Assembly (NCBI GenBank): GCA_951406725.2
Contig: OX597832.1
Span: 66,774,001 to 66,838,000, forward strand
Length of the DNA: 64,000 nt
Reading direction: 5' to 3'
Source: Octopus vulgaris
Lineage: Eukaryota
The notes under the pieces were generated by a model. It did not search any database. It worked only from the letters and a program-made list of their open reading frames with translations, and was not told the origin of the DNA. Positions 1 to 11,798 of this stretch are shown here, in pieces; position 1 is the first letter of the stretch, and each line of letters begins with the position of its first letter. Made by a program: the position numbers and the translations under genes.

Positions 1-369
1 TATCGTTTTAGGTTAATGGTTTGATTTCTGTTTCTATAGTATTGTATGTTTTTTCTTTGTGGGTTTGTTTCAGTTTTCAACGCTTCCATTCAGTGTATCT
101 ATATTTTCACCAAATTATTTCGTGTAATATTTCTTGTTCAGTGTTTTGTCGAAAAGGTTATCGTGTCGCGTGAATTGATTCGACTATCAGCCATCTCTTT
201 CTTAAAGTTTTAACCACGTCCACCTGCAATAAGTCGGGTCAAAAAGATTTCCTCTCTCTAACATCTCTCTAACATCAAAAACAAAGAAAAAGACAAAGCC
301 TTAGATCAAGCCCAAATTCACATTTCAAGTTTCCCTCACAAAGGAAATATAAACAGGGAAGTGAAGTTA

Positions 370-930
370 ACACGACTTGAACAGGAAATCACAAACAAAT
401 TGAGCCGAACTCGTGCTACATTTGGCAGGCTGCAGAATAGACTATGCGAATAAAAAGATATTTACGTGTTTCTATGAGACTGTAGGAAAAATAGGGACAT
501 TTCTATACATCAAATATAAGGTTAATTTGGCTGGAATGCTTTCTCCCCGCAGTTCGGAGCTGAAACATGGGCAGTGTATAAATCTCAAGTGGAGAAGTTA
601 CATAAATATATGATGAGACAGCTCCGGCAAAACTGGAATATTATTCTCTTGAACAAGACAACGTATGCCGAGAGCTTAAAGTGGGCTGGCCCACCTCCTG
701 TGATGGAAATATACGTTGGTTGGGCAACGAACACAAGATGGGCAACAACATACACCCCACATAAATATTTTATTTCTAACTATGAAAATAGAAACGAAAC
801 CATGGAATGTCTAGACTGAGATTCAAAGATATTGCAAAATGGATCAGGAAGTGGAAAATAATTGATCTTAATAAAAGTCAAACCCAAGCGAACAACCGAC
901 CAGTATGGAGAAAGCTTATCACGTCACGCC
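370..930 (+). mobile_element. Degraded RTE-clade LINE, C-terminal RT region
   Basis: Hand translation from ~376 gives LEQEITNKLSRTRATFGRLQNRL, followed by VEKLHKYMMRQLRQ. Both resemble the post-RT region of RTE LINEs. Frameshifts and stops are present. Confidence 0.55.
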
Positions 931-1214
931 AAAGACAAGAACAGACATAGCTGCAATAGAATTTGGTATAATGAAGGAAATAGTGTAATTGTTAGAGTGA
1001 ATTGAACTATTCCGAACATACGCATGTAGATCGGAGTGTATCAGTCCGTGATTGTGGTAAGGCGGATAATGAATCTGAAAGATCTGTTTGATTGAAATTG
1101 CGGTTGTTTTATTGGCTTGGCTGTATCATATATTCAATCATAGAAGTTGTACACTATCCATATATATCTATATATTCAACAGCACTTTCCGCGAAATTGT
1201 TTCGACTATGTTAG

Positions 1215-1650
1215 TACTTACTTGTACTTGTACTTGTGGTGACATTCACCCTGGGCGGGTTGAGTCGGCTTCTTCTACCACCCTCGACGCATCTCGAACC
1301 ATGGCTGCCCACGCACGACGGTCCTGCGCCAGTTCACTGGAGATAGCGAGCCAGTCACGGTTCCATCGCCTTTGTATTCGCCATTGAGAATTCATGGAAG
1401 AAGTTTCGTGAGAATTTGTGGATTTCACAAGCAGTCCCCAACAATCCCACATGTAGAGACATCCAGTTTGCCGCAGATTGTCCGCAGACGCAGGAAAAGA
1501 ACGACCGAGGAGCAGCCGGTTGCCGAAACAGACATTCCGAGGATTTTCACCAGTGCCGGGTTGTGGCCCTAATACCACTCGGAGTCAGACCAATCCGCCT
1601 TGGATGGCCCTACCAGGAACCGAAGTTCCCGAAGGTATTGCTTTAGTCTT
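1215..1650 (-). mobile_element. Internally deleted RTE-derived element (5'UTR-like part fused to the ORF C-terminus and a (CAAGTA)n tail)
   Basis: The minus strand encodes RWNRDWLAISSELAQDRRAWAAMVRDA...STRPG*, an RTE-type C-terminus with the AQDR..W motif. A CAAGTA-repeat tail follows at 1215-1236. The 1390-1650 part is GC-richer and not RT-like. Confidence 0.65.
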
Positions 1651-1849
1651 GGAGCTTCACCTTTTTCCAATTTGTATTTCAAGATTTTATGCTTGTTCAG
1701 TGTTTTGTAGGACTTAACTGATACATTCTTCTCGATTGGGGCAGTCGTATCTATGCATAGGCATGATTTATGTCTGAAATCATTCAATATATATGTTTGG
1801 CTTGTTTGCATCTATCTTTCTGTCAGTTCGACCGGTGAAGTTTCAAAGG

Positions 1850-2250
1850 AGTGAGATATGGTCATTGACAGTATCGTTAGCACGCCAGGCGGAGTGCACA
1901 GCAATAATTCATATGCGGCAGCGTTCTGGGTTCAAGTTCCGGTGAGGTCAACTTTGACCTTCATCCTTTCGAGGTCGATCAACTAAGTACCAGTTGAAAA
2001 TTGGGGTCGATGTAATCGACTTAATCACCTCCCGAAGCTGCACTTATGGCAAAAATTTGAACTCATTATTATTATTATTATTATTAATATCATGAATTTT
2101 ACTATCCGAGCTCAAATTCTGTCGCGGTCGACTTTACATTTCATCTGGTGGCGGTCGATAATATAAGTACCAGATGAATACTTGGGTCAATGTAATCGAC
2201 TTACGCCCTACTCCGAAACTGCCGGCCTTATCTCAAGATTTGAAATTATT
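1850..2250 (+). mobile_element. Two tandem tRNA-derived SINE copies (dominant family of the window)
   Basis: B-box-like GTTCAAGTTCC/GCTCAAATTCT followed by the core GGTCRACTTT..TTCATC..GGTCGAT..TAAGTACCAG. The same core recurs at 9.3-9.9 kb, 36.2 kb, 39.8 kb, 41.7-43.0 kb and 49.6 kb. Confidence 0.75.
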
Positions 2251-2313
2251 ATCCCTAAGAAATAATAAATAGTTGTCACTCTCCTGTATATTATGTATCT
2301 GTGTATATGTAGG

Positions 2314-2370
<57 letters not shown>

Positions 2371-3029
2371 ACTTCTTCATGGACTTCTTCCAAAAATATA
2401 GTACAACTTTCAAAAATGAAATGGGTACAAATAATCCCTTCCTTAAGAAAATCACAAAAAATAAGAAAGAAAACCAAACAACCCACGAACAACCCCCAAC
2501 TATCCTCCATACACTAAAAACAGAAATCACCCACAACCAACCTATGCAAACCACGCAAGACCTAACAGGGAACTAGCTGACAGACGACGCGTCTATGAAA
2601 TAAATTACACCAAAAACAGAACACACCAACAACATCCTAATACCAGACCCAACCACCATACAGCACAAAACAACACTAGAATAAGAAATACACCACACAC
2701 AAGTCGCTACTACCCCATGAACCAAAATTACTGGTCCCCACTAAACACAAGACAAACGCAAAAAAACACTTTGTCAAGCAACATCCCACATACAAGCAGT
2801 TCGAAACAAAAATATTTCCCATACAGAAATTTTACTCACACCACAAACAAAAACAACCATAGATTCCCACACACACACAACGATCGGGGGCAACAATACC
2901 ACCACCTCCCCGACCCAATATCACACAACCTCACAGACAACTCATACAAACAAAATTACACCCAACATTTTTTAGCCAGGGGCCAGGGACACCAGGACAC
3001 AGGCTGGAACCTAGTAATAAGGAAAAACC

Positions 3030-5308
3030 GAAGATAATCAATCTTTCAACCAAACCTCTTTCTAACATAAAAATTGACATCCTCTCAAAAGGGCTCAAAT
3101 TTACACCAACTCCACGCAGAGCCAACCTAAATGAAACAAGGATAATATAACAGAATTTTGCAGAAAATTAAGACTAGCAGAAGCATCAACCAGTTTCAAT
3201 ACTGAAGATGAATCACTAGTCAAGAACAAAAGTGAACACATACCACACAGAGGAAGAAATAAAGATCTTGACGAATTCTGTAACCACATTGAGAACTTTC
3301 CCTACCATACTATACATAAACAGAAAGCTAACCCAAATTTTAACACTACACAATGGAAAGAACTGATAGAACTTCAAAATGATGAAGATATAACCATTAA
3401 GGAAGCGGACAAGGGAAATGCAGTTGTAATAATGGATACATCATACTACAGAAATCTTGTAATTTCCTTGCTTGATGACGACCTACATTATGAAAAAATT
3501 ATCAACTACACCCCACAAAAAATTATGAAAACTCTATCTTCACTAATTAAAACCCATGAAAAGGAACTGACAACCAAAGAGATTGACTTCCTAACAAACT
3601 TTAAATGCAAACCTAGCCTTTTCTATGGTCTGCCAAAAATTCATAAAAGTCAAATTATAAATGAAACCATTAAAAAATCACCAAAGACATACATACACAC
3701 ACCTAACCCGGGGGACCTAAAACTACGACCCATTGTAGCTGGCCCAACCTGTGAAACACACAGACTAAGTCTACTTATGGACATCCTCCTGAAACCCTTC
3801 TTTAATCATATCGATAGCCATATCAGAGATGACTTAGATATGTTAAACCACCTTCCAAAAAAAACCAAGGAAGAAACAATCCTGGTTTCATTTGATGTAG
3901 TCAACTTGTATACCAATATACCTCATAATTATGGACTGGAGGCAATACAGTTCTGGTTAGACCAATTTCCGGAAGAAATACCAAAAAGGATCAGTAAAGA
4001 ATTCATTACTAAATCAATTGAATTCATCCTACACAATAACCACTTCATGTTTGACAATACATTTTACCGTCAAAAATCCGGAATTGCTATGGGTACAAGG
4101 GCAGCACCAGTCTTTGCGAACTTAACAATGGGATACATGGAAATAATCATTTATCAATCTTTGGAAACTCCCTCTCTCAATACATAAAAGAGAATTGGAA
4201 ACGATTCCTAGACGATTGTCTCATTCTCTGGAATGAAAACATAGATAAACTCCTAAAATTTAAAAACCTATTGAACAGCATAAACCCAAATATTCAGTTC
4301 ACAATGGAATACAACCAAAAGGAGCTCCCGTTCTTGGATATACTAATTAAAAAAATTAACCTTAAAATAGAAACAGACATTTTTTACAAAGCCACAGACG
4401 CCAAACAATACCTTCTTTTTAATTCATGCCACCCAAGACACACTAAAACAAATATCCCCTTCAACCTTGCAAGAAGGATATGCACAATAGTGTCAGAACA
4501 AAATACCAGGAACTTTAGACTGCAAGAACTCAAAAACACCCTAATTGACAGACATTACCCAGCTCAACTCATAGAGGATGGGATCAGACGTGCAACAGAA
4601 ATCAACATAGAAACTTTAAGAAAAGTTCAACACAACAACACACCATCCCCGAAAATACTACCTTACATATCTACATACAACCCCAGAAACAAAGAAGCCT
4701 TCACCATCATCACCCAGAATTTACCGATACTTCATAAAAACCCCAAATTAAAGGAAATTCTAAACATACACCAAGTCATTAAAAGCTACAAACAGCCTAA
4801 ATCACTTAAAAAGATTCTCACAAAGGCAAAATTGTCTTCTGAAATTACGGATGCAAAAGTAAAAAAATGTGGTAGATCGAAATGTGCAACATGCCCTAAC
4901 CGGCTAGAAGGATCAGAATTCATCTTTAAAGAGGGACAAACATTCAAGATCAAATCTAACTTTACTTGTGCCTCTGAAAACATAATTTATGTCATAAAAT
5001 GCTCGGGCTGCCACCAAGACTACGTGGGTTCCACGGGACTATCATTCAGGCGTAGATGCACACTGCATCGACAACAGATTGCATTCCCAGAATATAGAAT
5101 GATACCTTTTAGTGAGCACATTGAGAAATGCGCAAAGCAACTACTGCCACAATTTTTAATCTTCCCATTTTACCAATGTGCTTTTGGATCATCAACACAA
5201 ATGAGACTGAACAAGGAAACATTCTTCATTGAAAAGTACAAACCCAGACTCAACCATCCGAACATACTGACACAGAGAAATTCACAAGGGAAAGGAAAAA
5301 AATTTTAA
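3030..5308 (+). pseudogene. Penelope-like RT + GIY-YIG endonuclease ORF, frameshifted near 4160
   Basis: Motifs: LSKGLKFTPT, IKEADKG, FYGLPKIHK, LRPIV, SFDVVNLYTNIP, GIAMGT, WKRFLDDC (4197-4220, second frame), LPFLDI, SCHPRH, the Cys linker KCGRSKCATC and GIY-YIG NIIYVIKC..C..DYVGST. Confidence 0.92.
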
Positions 5309-5417
5309 ACGATTATCTCCCTTACACCGGAAGAAATCATTCACTACCTCCCCTTATTTAGAAATCTCCTGAAAATAAACACAACGATAACTCCATGCAA
5401 TATAAACATAACGTCAC

Positions 5418-5456
5418 AAGAAATTTGAAAAGCTACACGCGAAACCGGTATTTCTT
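5418..5456 (+). ncRNA. Minimal type-I hammerhead-like motif (U3-A8 core) in the Penelope 3' repeat region
   Basis: AAGAAA-T-TTGAAAA-GC tacac GC-GAAAC CG GT A-TTTCTT. Stem I is AAGAAA/TTTCTT, stem III is the palindrome ACCGGT, and stem II is very short. Confidence 0.5.
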
Positions 5457-5581
5457 TTAATGTATGTCATTATAAGAGGGAAAATTTTTTTTTTAATTTT
5501 CTAATATTCTTCAGACATATTGACGCAAATATATATATTTTTTAACATTCAAGCCTTCTGTCGTTTTTTCACTCTACTATT

Positions 5582-5683
<102 letters not shown>

Positions 5684-5721
5684 ATATACATACATACATA
5701 TATATATATATAAATACATAC

Positions 5722-5761
<40 letters not shown>

Positions 5762-5767
<6 letters not shown>

Positions 5768-6598
5768 ATAAGGCTAAATAATTTTTTCGATGGTTTTTCA
5801 GACAACTAACAATTATTTACCGGTAGATTTCGGTATGTAAATACGACCTTTAGCGGCGGGAACTTCTGTGGAGTTCAGTATATATAGTATATAAGTAAAA
5901 GGGCAGGCAACAGGTTGCTCTGCCGCATACCGAAAGAATTAGAAATAGCAGTCAGAGACTGTTTATTTCCATTTTCTACAAGTGGGGGCTCTATATACGA
6001 CATAACCCTGCAATTCACATATGCAAAATAGGAGGAGTAAATAAACTAAAACAATGCCTTACCGTTAATGGTGAACATGTTTCTAGATCGGAGGCGAGAA
6101 ATTGCCTTATGTCTTTCTTCAGCACCATCTTCGTTAGATTTATTAAATGCCACCAGCCTCCACCTTTGACCAGGCGTCATCAAATAGTGGGGGGAAAGTG
6201 AGCATAGGCTAAAACTAAGTAGACGATTGAATCCGTAAATTTAACCTCCAAAATTCTGCCATGCGTACCACCGGGATAGTCGTAAGGGAGTGAAAAATCC
6301 AATTAGTAATATAATAATAAGGGTAAATAATTTTTTCGATGGTTTTTCAGACAACCAACAATTATTTACCGGTAGATTTCGGTATGTAAATATGACCTTT
6401 TGCATATGTGAATTGCAGGGTTATGTCGTTCTGGCTATGTCTATGAAACCGATATAGTGAAACATTGCATTCCATTTGGAATGATTGCTTTCACTTGGCG
6501 TTTATAAGATACTTGTAGAAAATGGAAATAAACAGTCTCTGACTGCTATTTCTTATTCTTTCGGTATCCGGCAGAGCAACCTGTTGCCTGCAATTTTA

Positions 6599-6601
<3 letters not shown>
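5762..6601 (-). mobile_element. Non-coding hammerhead-bearing element with direct terminal repeat and inverted segment (Penelope pLTR or retrozyme-like)
   Basis: 5762-5850 is repeated at 6311-6400 (period 549). 6400-6601 is the reverse complement of ~5891-6030 with an insert. The element is flanked by (TA)n. Confidence 0.7.
6068..6128 (-). ncRNA. Type-I hammerhead ribozyme motif
   Basis: Minus strand: ATGGTG-CTGAAGA-[A AGA cata AGGC aatttctc GCCT ccga TCT A]-GAAAC AT GT T-CACCAT. Confidence 0.65.
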
Positions 6602-6678
<77 letters not shown>

Positions 6679-6743
6679 GGGTAATAAGAATTATAGAAAT
6701 TATTATTACCAGTGGCCTAGCACAAAAAATAGTCAGTAGACTA

Positions 6744-7006
6744 TATATTATTCACATAAAAATATCGTGTACATTAGAACACATTAAGAGGCTTCAAATA
6801 GGAAAGCCTTGTGCTAGAAAGAGCAATAGAAAACTCAGACCATTGAAAGGATTGAAAATTAAAAACGTTTACCATCTAATTTAAATTAGATGATAAACGT
6901 TTTAATTTTCAATCCTTTCGAGTATTTATCCATAATTAGTGTTTTCTACAAGGCTCGCCTATTTGGAAGCCTCTTAATATGTTCTAACGTACACGATATT
7001 TTTATG

Positions 7007-7017
<11 letters not shown>
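6744..7017. repeat. Imperfect foldback (palindromic) element between (TA)n tracts
   Basis: Centre CATCTAATTTAAATTAGATG (~6873-6892). Outer arms CATAAAAATATCGTGTAC..AAGAGGCTTC / GAAGCCTCTT..GTACACGATATTTTTATG. Confidence 0.8.
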
Positions 7018-7073
<56 letters not shown>

Positions 7074-8183
7074 TCTATGGATGACTATATATATATATAT
7101 GTATGTATGTAAATTACTGTGTGCTTTTGTCTATAACGAGTATGGTGTTCAGAAATGGGGGAGTAAAGGACAGGAAATCTATATTGTAATGTAGATCCCG
7201 ATATATCAATTATATATACATTTGTCAGTTGCATGTACATACGCCTGTGTTCCTCTATGCGTGTGTAATATTTATATCATTATCCATAATTTTATATGGT
7301 GATAGAGATCGTTTGCTAAGCGTTTGCTCAGATCCAAGCTTTTATAGTGCTTCTTCAAAGTCGATTTAATCTTGTATATTACTACTTCATGTCAAATCTG
7401 TCATCTATTCCAAATTCCTCGATTAATTAGAATTGCATGAGTTCTGAATTACATAAACGGAACACAAGCATAACCTTTTAATATTTTATAGTATTATTTC
7501 AAAGGTGTCACATACTTAACACCCTACATTAAAAGGATTTTTGTATGTACTCTGTTTGATTCTCCTAGGATACATTTGTATTTCTCACAAAGATATTGGC
7601 TTCCTATTATTTCCTTTGAAGACGTTCATACGATCATGTGCATCCACATGAAATACGCTTGACATTTTCCCATATCGTTCTTTCATTTATTTCCAGTTTT
7701 TTTCTTCTCTTTCGTCATGGCATTACGTTCATTAAATCCGTAAGCGCTTCTTTCATAAATATAAAGGATGTTTGTCGAAGGAAGCTTAATCACATACATT
7801 AGACATTTTGTGGTCAAATGGTATTATAAAAAACTAAATAAAAGAAAAGTTAACGGCCAACCTATAAAATGCCACCGTTTGAACCACATCGAAATAATTT
7901 CATCTCATATACGTTGTTAATGTTCTTTGGAAAGGTAAAATCCTATCTTACCATACACTATATGGTGATTGGAGCTAATGTTCGCTGGAGGAGGATCTGC
8001 AACTATCTTGTTACGGTCAAAAATAGGCGTCAAATGATAACTTATTGTCTTAGAATAAATATATTGCGCTGTTAAGTGTTCACCTTTTAATAGGGGTATG
8101 TGAAATTGGTTTATTGTCAGCTAAGAATGTGTGTTTGTATATAGCATGTATATATGTGTGTGTCTGTGTGTATATAGGTATTA

Positions 8184-8231
<48 letters not shown>

Positions 8232-8272
8232 GTGTCTGTTTCTATATATCTCTATGTATGTATGCACGTATG

Positions 8273-8324
<52 letters not shown>

Positions 8325-8907
8325 CATACATACATATATACAAATATACACACTCACACAGGCACACACACACATTTATTTATACTCACATGGAAAAGCA
8401 TATATATACATACACAAGCACACACACGAATGATATATTTTGGGGGGTCTGCCACATATGTTACTGTTTTTAAATGGGTGTAAAGCACGCCTTCACTTGT
8501 TTGATACCATACATATCGAGGTATCGCCCAGTGAAAGAGCAGTCTTCGAAGGAACACAAATCCCAGATTATATGCTCATTCATTTAATCCCAGTCCAATG
8601 TATTATATTAGATTATGATAGCTTTTTTAGTGTTGAATATAAAACGTGCGGTGAATGTTACTCAAGAAAAAATCATATACGTTAAGAGCCCAAGTCTAAG
8701 GAATATTGCAATATACACTGAACTATCTTGAAGTGGGTTAATCTTTCAAGACACAAAAATGTTTATATGATTGAGAAGCAAACTTTACAACCAAACAGTT
8801 TCGAGTTCAGCCCCACTGGATCACCCGTTGCGCAAATCTGTTCTGTTTTAGTTTCACACCTACCTTTGTTAGTGGATTTGCTTCTTCAAGATTGTGTAGA
8901 GGCCCAT

Positions 8908-8985
<78 letters not shown>

Positions 8986-9039
8986 TATGTATGTATATTT
9001 ATGTATGTATGTATGTATGTATGTATGTGTATCAAAGTG

Positions 9040-9212
9040 TGTGTAGAGAAACATGATGCTATGTTTAAGAAGTGCACTCCGGAGCTATGTGAATTTAGGT
9101 TTAGTCCCACAGCATGGCACTTTAGGCAAGTGGCATCTACAAAATCTTCGGTCTGACCAAAGCGTAAATTTCTGAGTGCTTGTAGCATAGGGAAACTATT
9201 AAGGAACCCATC

Positions 9213-9213
<1 letters not shown>
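9040..9213 (+). mobile_element. SINE 5' portion (same family as 61910-63173)
   Basis: tRNA-like head, then GTCCCACAGCATGGCACTTTAGGCAAGTG..TGACCAAAGC..GGAAAC..CCCATCG running into (TA)n. Confidence 0.5.
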
Positions 9214-9289
<76 letters not shown>

Positions 9290-9344
9290 GATTTTCTTTA
9301 TCCGTCTTCCCTTCTTTGGAAATTTTCTACATTTCCGTAAAGAA

Positions 9345-9922
9345 ATTAGCTATTTCGTCTGCCGCTACGTTCTGAGTTCAAATTCCGGCGCGGTCGACTT
9401 TGCCTTTCATCCTTTAGGGGTCGATAAATAAGTACCAGTTACGCACTGGGGTCGATATAATCGACTTAATCCGTTTATCTGTCCTTGTTTATCCGCTCTG
9501 TGTTTATCCTCTTGTGGGTAGTAAAGAAATAGGTATTTCGTCAATCTTTACGTTCTCGGTTCAAATTCCACCGAGGTCGACTCTGCCTTTCATTTTTTCA
9601 GTGTCGATAAATTAAATATCAGTTGTGTAGTGGCGTAGATCTAATCAGCTATCCCCCTCCCCCAAAATATTGGGCCTTGTGCCTAGAGTAGAAAGGAATA
9701 TTTTAAGGCGTCGAGCTGGCAGAAAATTTAGCACGCCGGGCGAAATGCTTAGCGGTAATTCGTCTGTCTTTACGTTCTCAGTTCAAATTTCACCGAGGTC
9801 GACTTTGCGTTTCATCATTTTAGGGTCGACATATTAAGTATCATTTGCGTATTGGGGTCGATCTAATCGATTGGTTGCCTCCCCCAAAATATTGGGCCTT
9901 GTGCCTAGATTAGAAAAGAATA
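9345..9922 (+). mobile_element. Cluster of three SINE copies of the dominant family
   Basis: GTTCAAATTC..CGAGGTCGACTTTGCCTTTCAT..GGTCGATAAA..AAGTACCAGTT at ~9377, ~9559 and ~9781. Two copies end GGGCCTTGTGCCTAGA.TAGAAA.GAATA. Confidence 0.8.
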
Positions 9923-10717
9923 TTGTCTCCATCAACATCTACTTGATGGCAATTGTCTCAAATCCAATGAAATCGCATCTTATAGTCATGTCAAAGTTTT
10001 CAATAATATTTTCGTTACTTTTCTCATTGCATCCCAATTCAGTCTCTGAGTTCTTATTCAAATCCAGCATATCTTTGTACTGAGAAAACTGAAATTTTCC
10101 TTCTTAATTTCACATTGTAAGATCAGAAATAAAAGGCACATATGTCTGTCAGTGTATGCCATCTCAGCAGCTCTTCTGCTGTTTAGTTTCTAGCGTTGAG
10201 ACACAGCGGCGACATATAGTGACGATGCTGGAATCTTATACTCGATTAGTACGTGTGTCAACTTAATTGTATTAGCTTCGATTCATAGTTCTCTAAATCC
10301 TTTCTACCTTTACAGAGTTTACATTCGCAAAATATTTGAAATCAAGATTTATCCAACACAAAATCAATGTGTTTATTTAATCTTAACATATTTCAATTAC
10401 AAACAGTGTGTAAATAATTTAATCGTTATAATTAGTTAAAAACGCCGAATATTATATCGTGTTATGATATTGCCATGAAATAATAAATCCAATACTATTT
10501 TTATCTCCTTTTAAATTAATATTTTCTCCAATGATTGTTTACGAATGTAATAAATACAATAGTTAATTAGGAATGTCTTCTAATTAGAGTTAAAATAATA
10601 CCACTTCACAAAATACACATATTTGCAGTATTTTTAATTGGTCATACTTAAAGCAGTACATTACGGAGTGGTGGTGGGGATGGTGGTGTTATTTGTTCTA
10701 TACAGTTCTTCTTCTTA

Positions 10718-10729
10718 TCATTATTATTA

Positions 10730-10796
<67 letters not shown>

Positions 10797-11109
10797 CATC
10801 ATCATCATTGTTGTTGTTGTTGTTGCCTTCTTGTTATCAAACGATGATGATGATGACTACGACGGCGACGATGATGATATTATCAATAATAATAACAATG
10901 AATATAATTTGCATTTAATTTAATTAAAATTTTGTTTAGAGAAAACCGACGTGACAAATTATGGCATCGATAATTTTAAAAACAACGATCAAGATTACAA
11001 GAACAATGAGGACTAGGAAAGGATTACAACAACAAACAACAAAAACGATAACATAATGGTAATAATAATAATATTAATAATAACAATGATAATATTAATA
11101 ATAATAATA

Positions 11110-11159
<50 letters not shown>

Positions 11160-11228
11160 GATTATGATTATTATTATTATTAACAGTATTAGTATTATTA
11201 TAACTTTTATTATTATTGTCATTATATG

Positions 11229-11284
<56 letters not shown>

Positions 11285-11305
11285 AACTACTACCACTACT
11301 ATTAC

Positions 11306-11336
<31 letters not shown>
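10718..11336. repeat. Compound trinucleotide microsatellites (ATT/CAT/GTT/GAT/AAT/ACT)
   Basis: Read directly from the sequence. Confidence 0.95.
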
Positions 11337-11339
<3 letters not shown>

Positions 11340-11680
11340 TCTATAAATTTATAGATGTTTAGATTCTAGTGTTTTATTTACAGATGGTAATTGGAAGTGT
11401 ATACATTCAGAAACGAAAGTGCTTTCTGAAGTGATGTGTATATGAATGTGTATATATATATATATAAATATATATATATGCATGAACGTTTATGCGGTTT
11501 GGCAGTTGTTCTGTGTTTGTGTGCGGCGAGTGCATTTGTTATTCTGAATTTCTCTGCATTTGTATCACGTACACGTTTCTATAAAACTTTCCATATCCGT
11601 AGTCTGTTGGTACATTTTAGAACGCGAAATTATATTTGGGTATATATACATTAACATATAAATATATATACATATATATA

Positions 11681-11713
<33 letters not shown>

Positions 11714-11726
11714 CATACATACATAT

Positions 11727-11798
<72 letters not shown>

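Noticed and set aside
8114-9188. Many IYIY/VCVC ORFs here and throughout the window
   Set aside because: They are translations of (TA)n, (TG)n, (GATA)n and (ATT)n tracts.
9940-10100. Short open frame on the minus strand (EGKFQFSQYKDMLDLNKN...)
   Set aside because: About 55 codons, compatible with chance; no motif.
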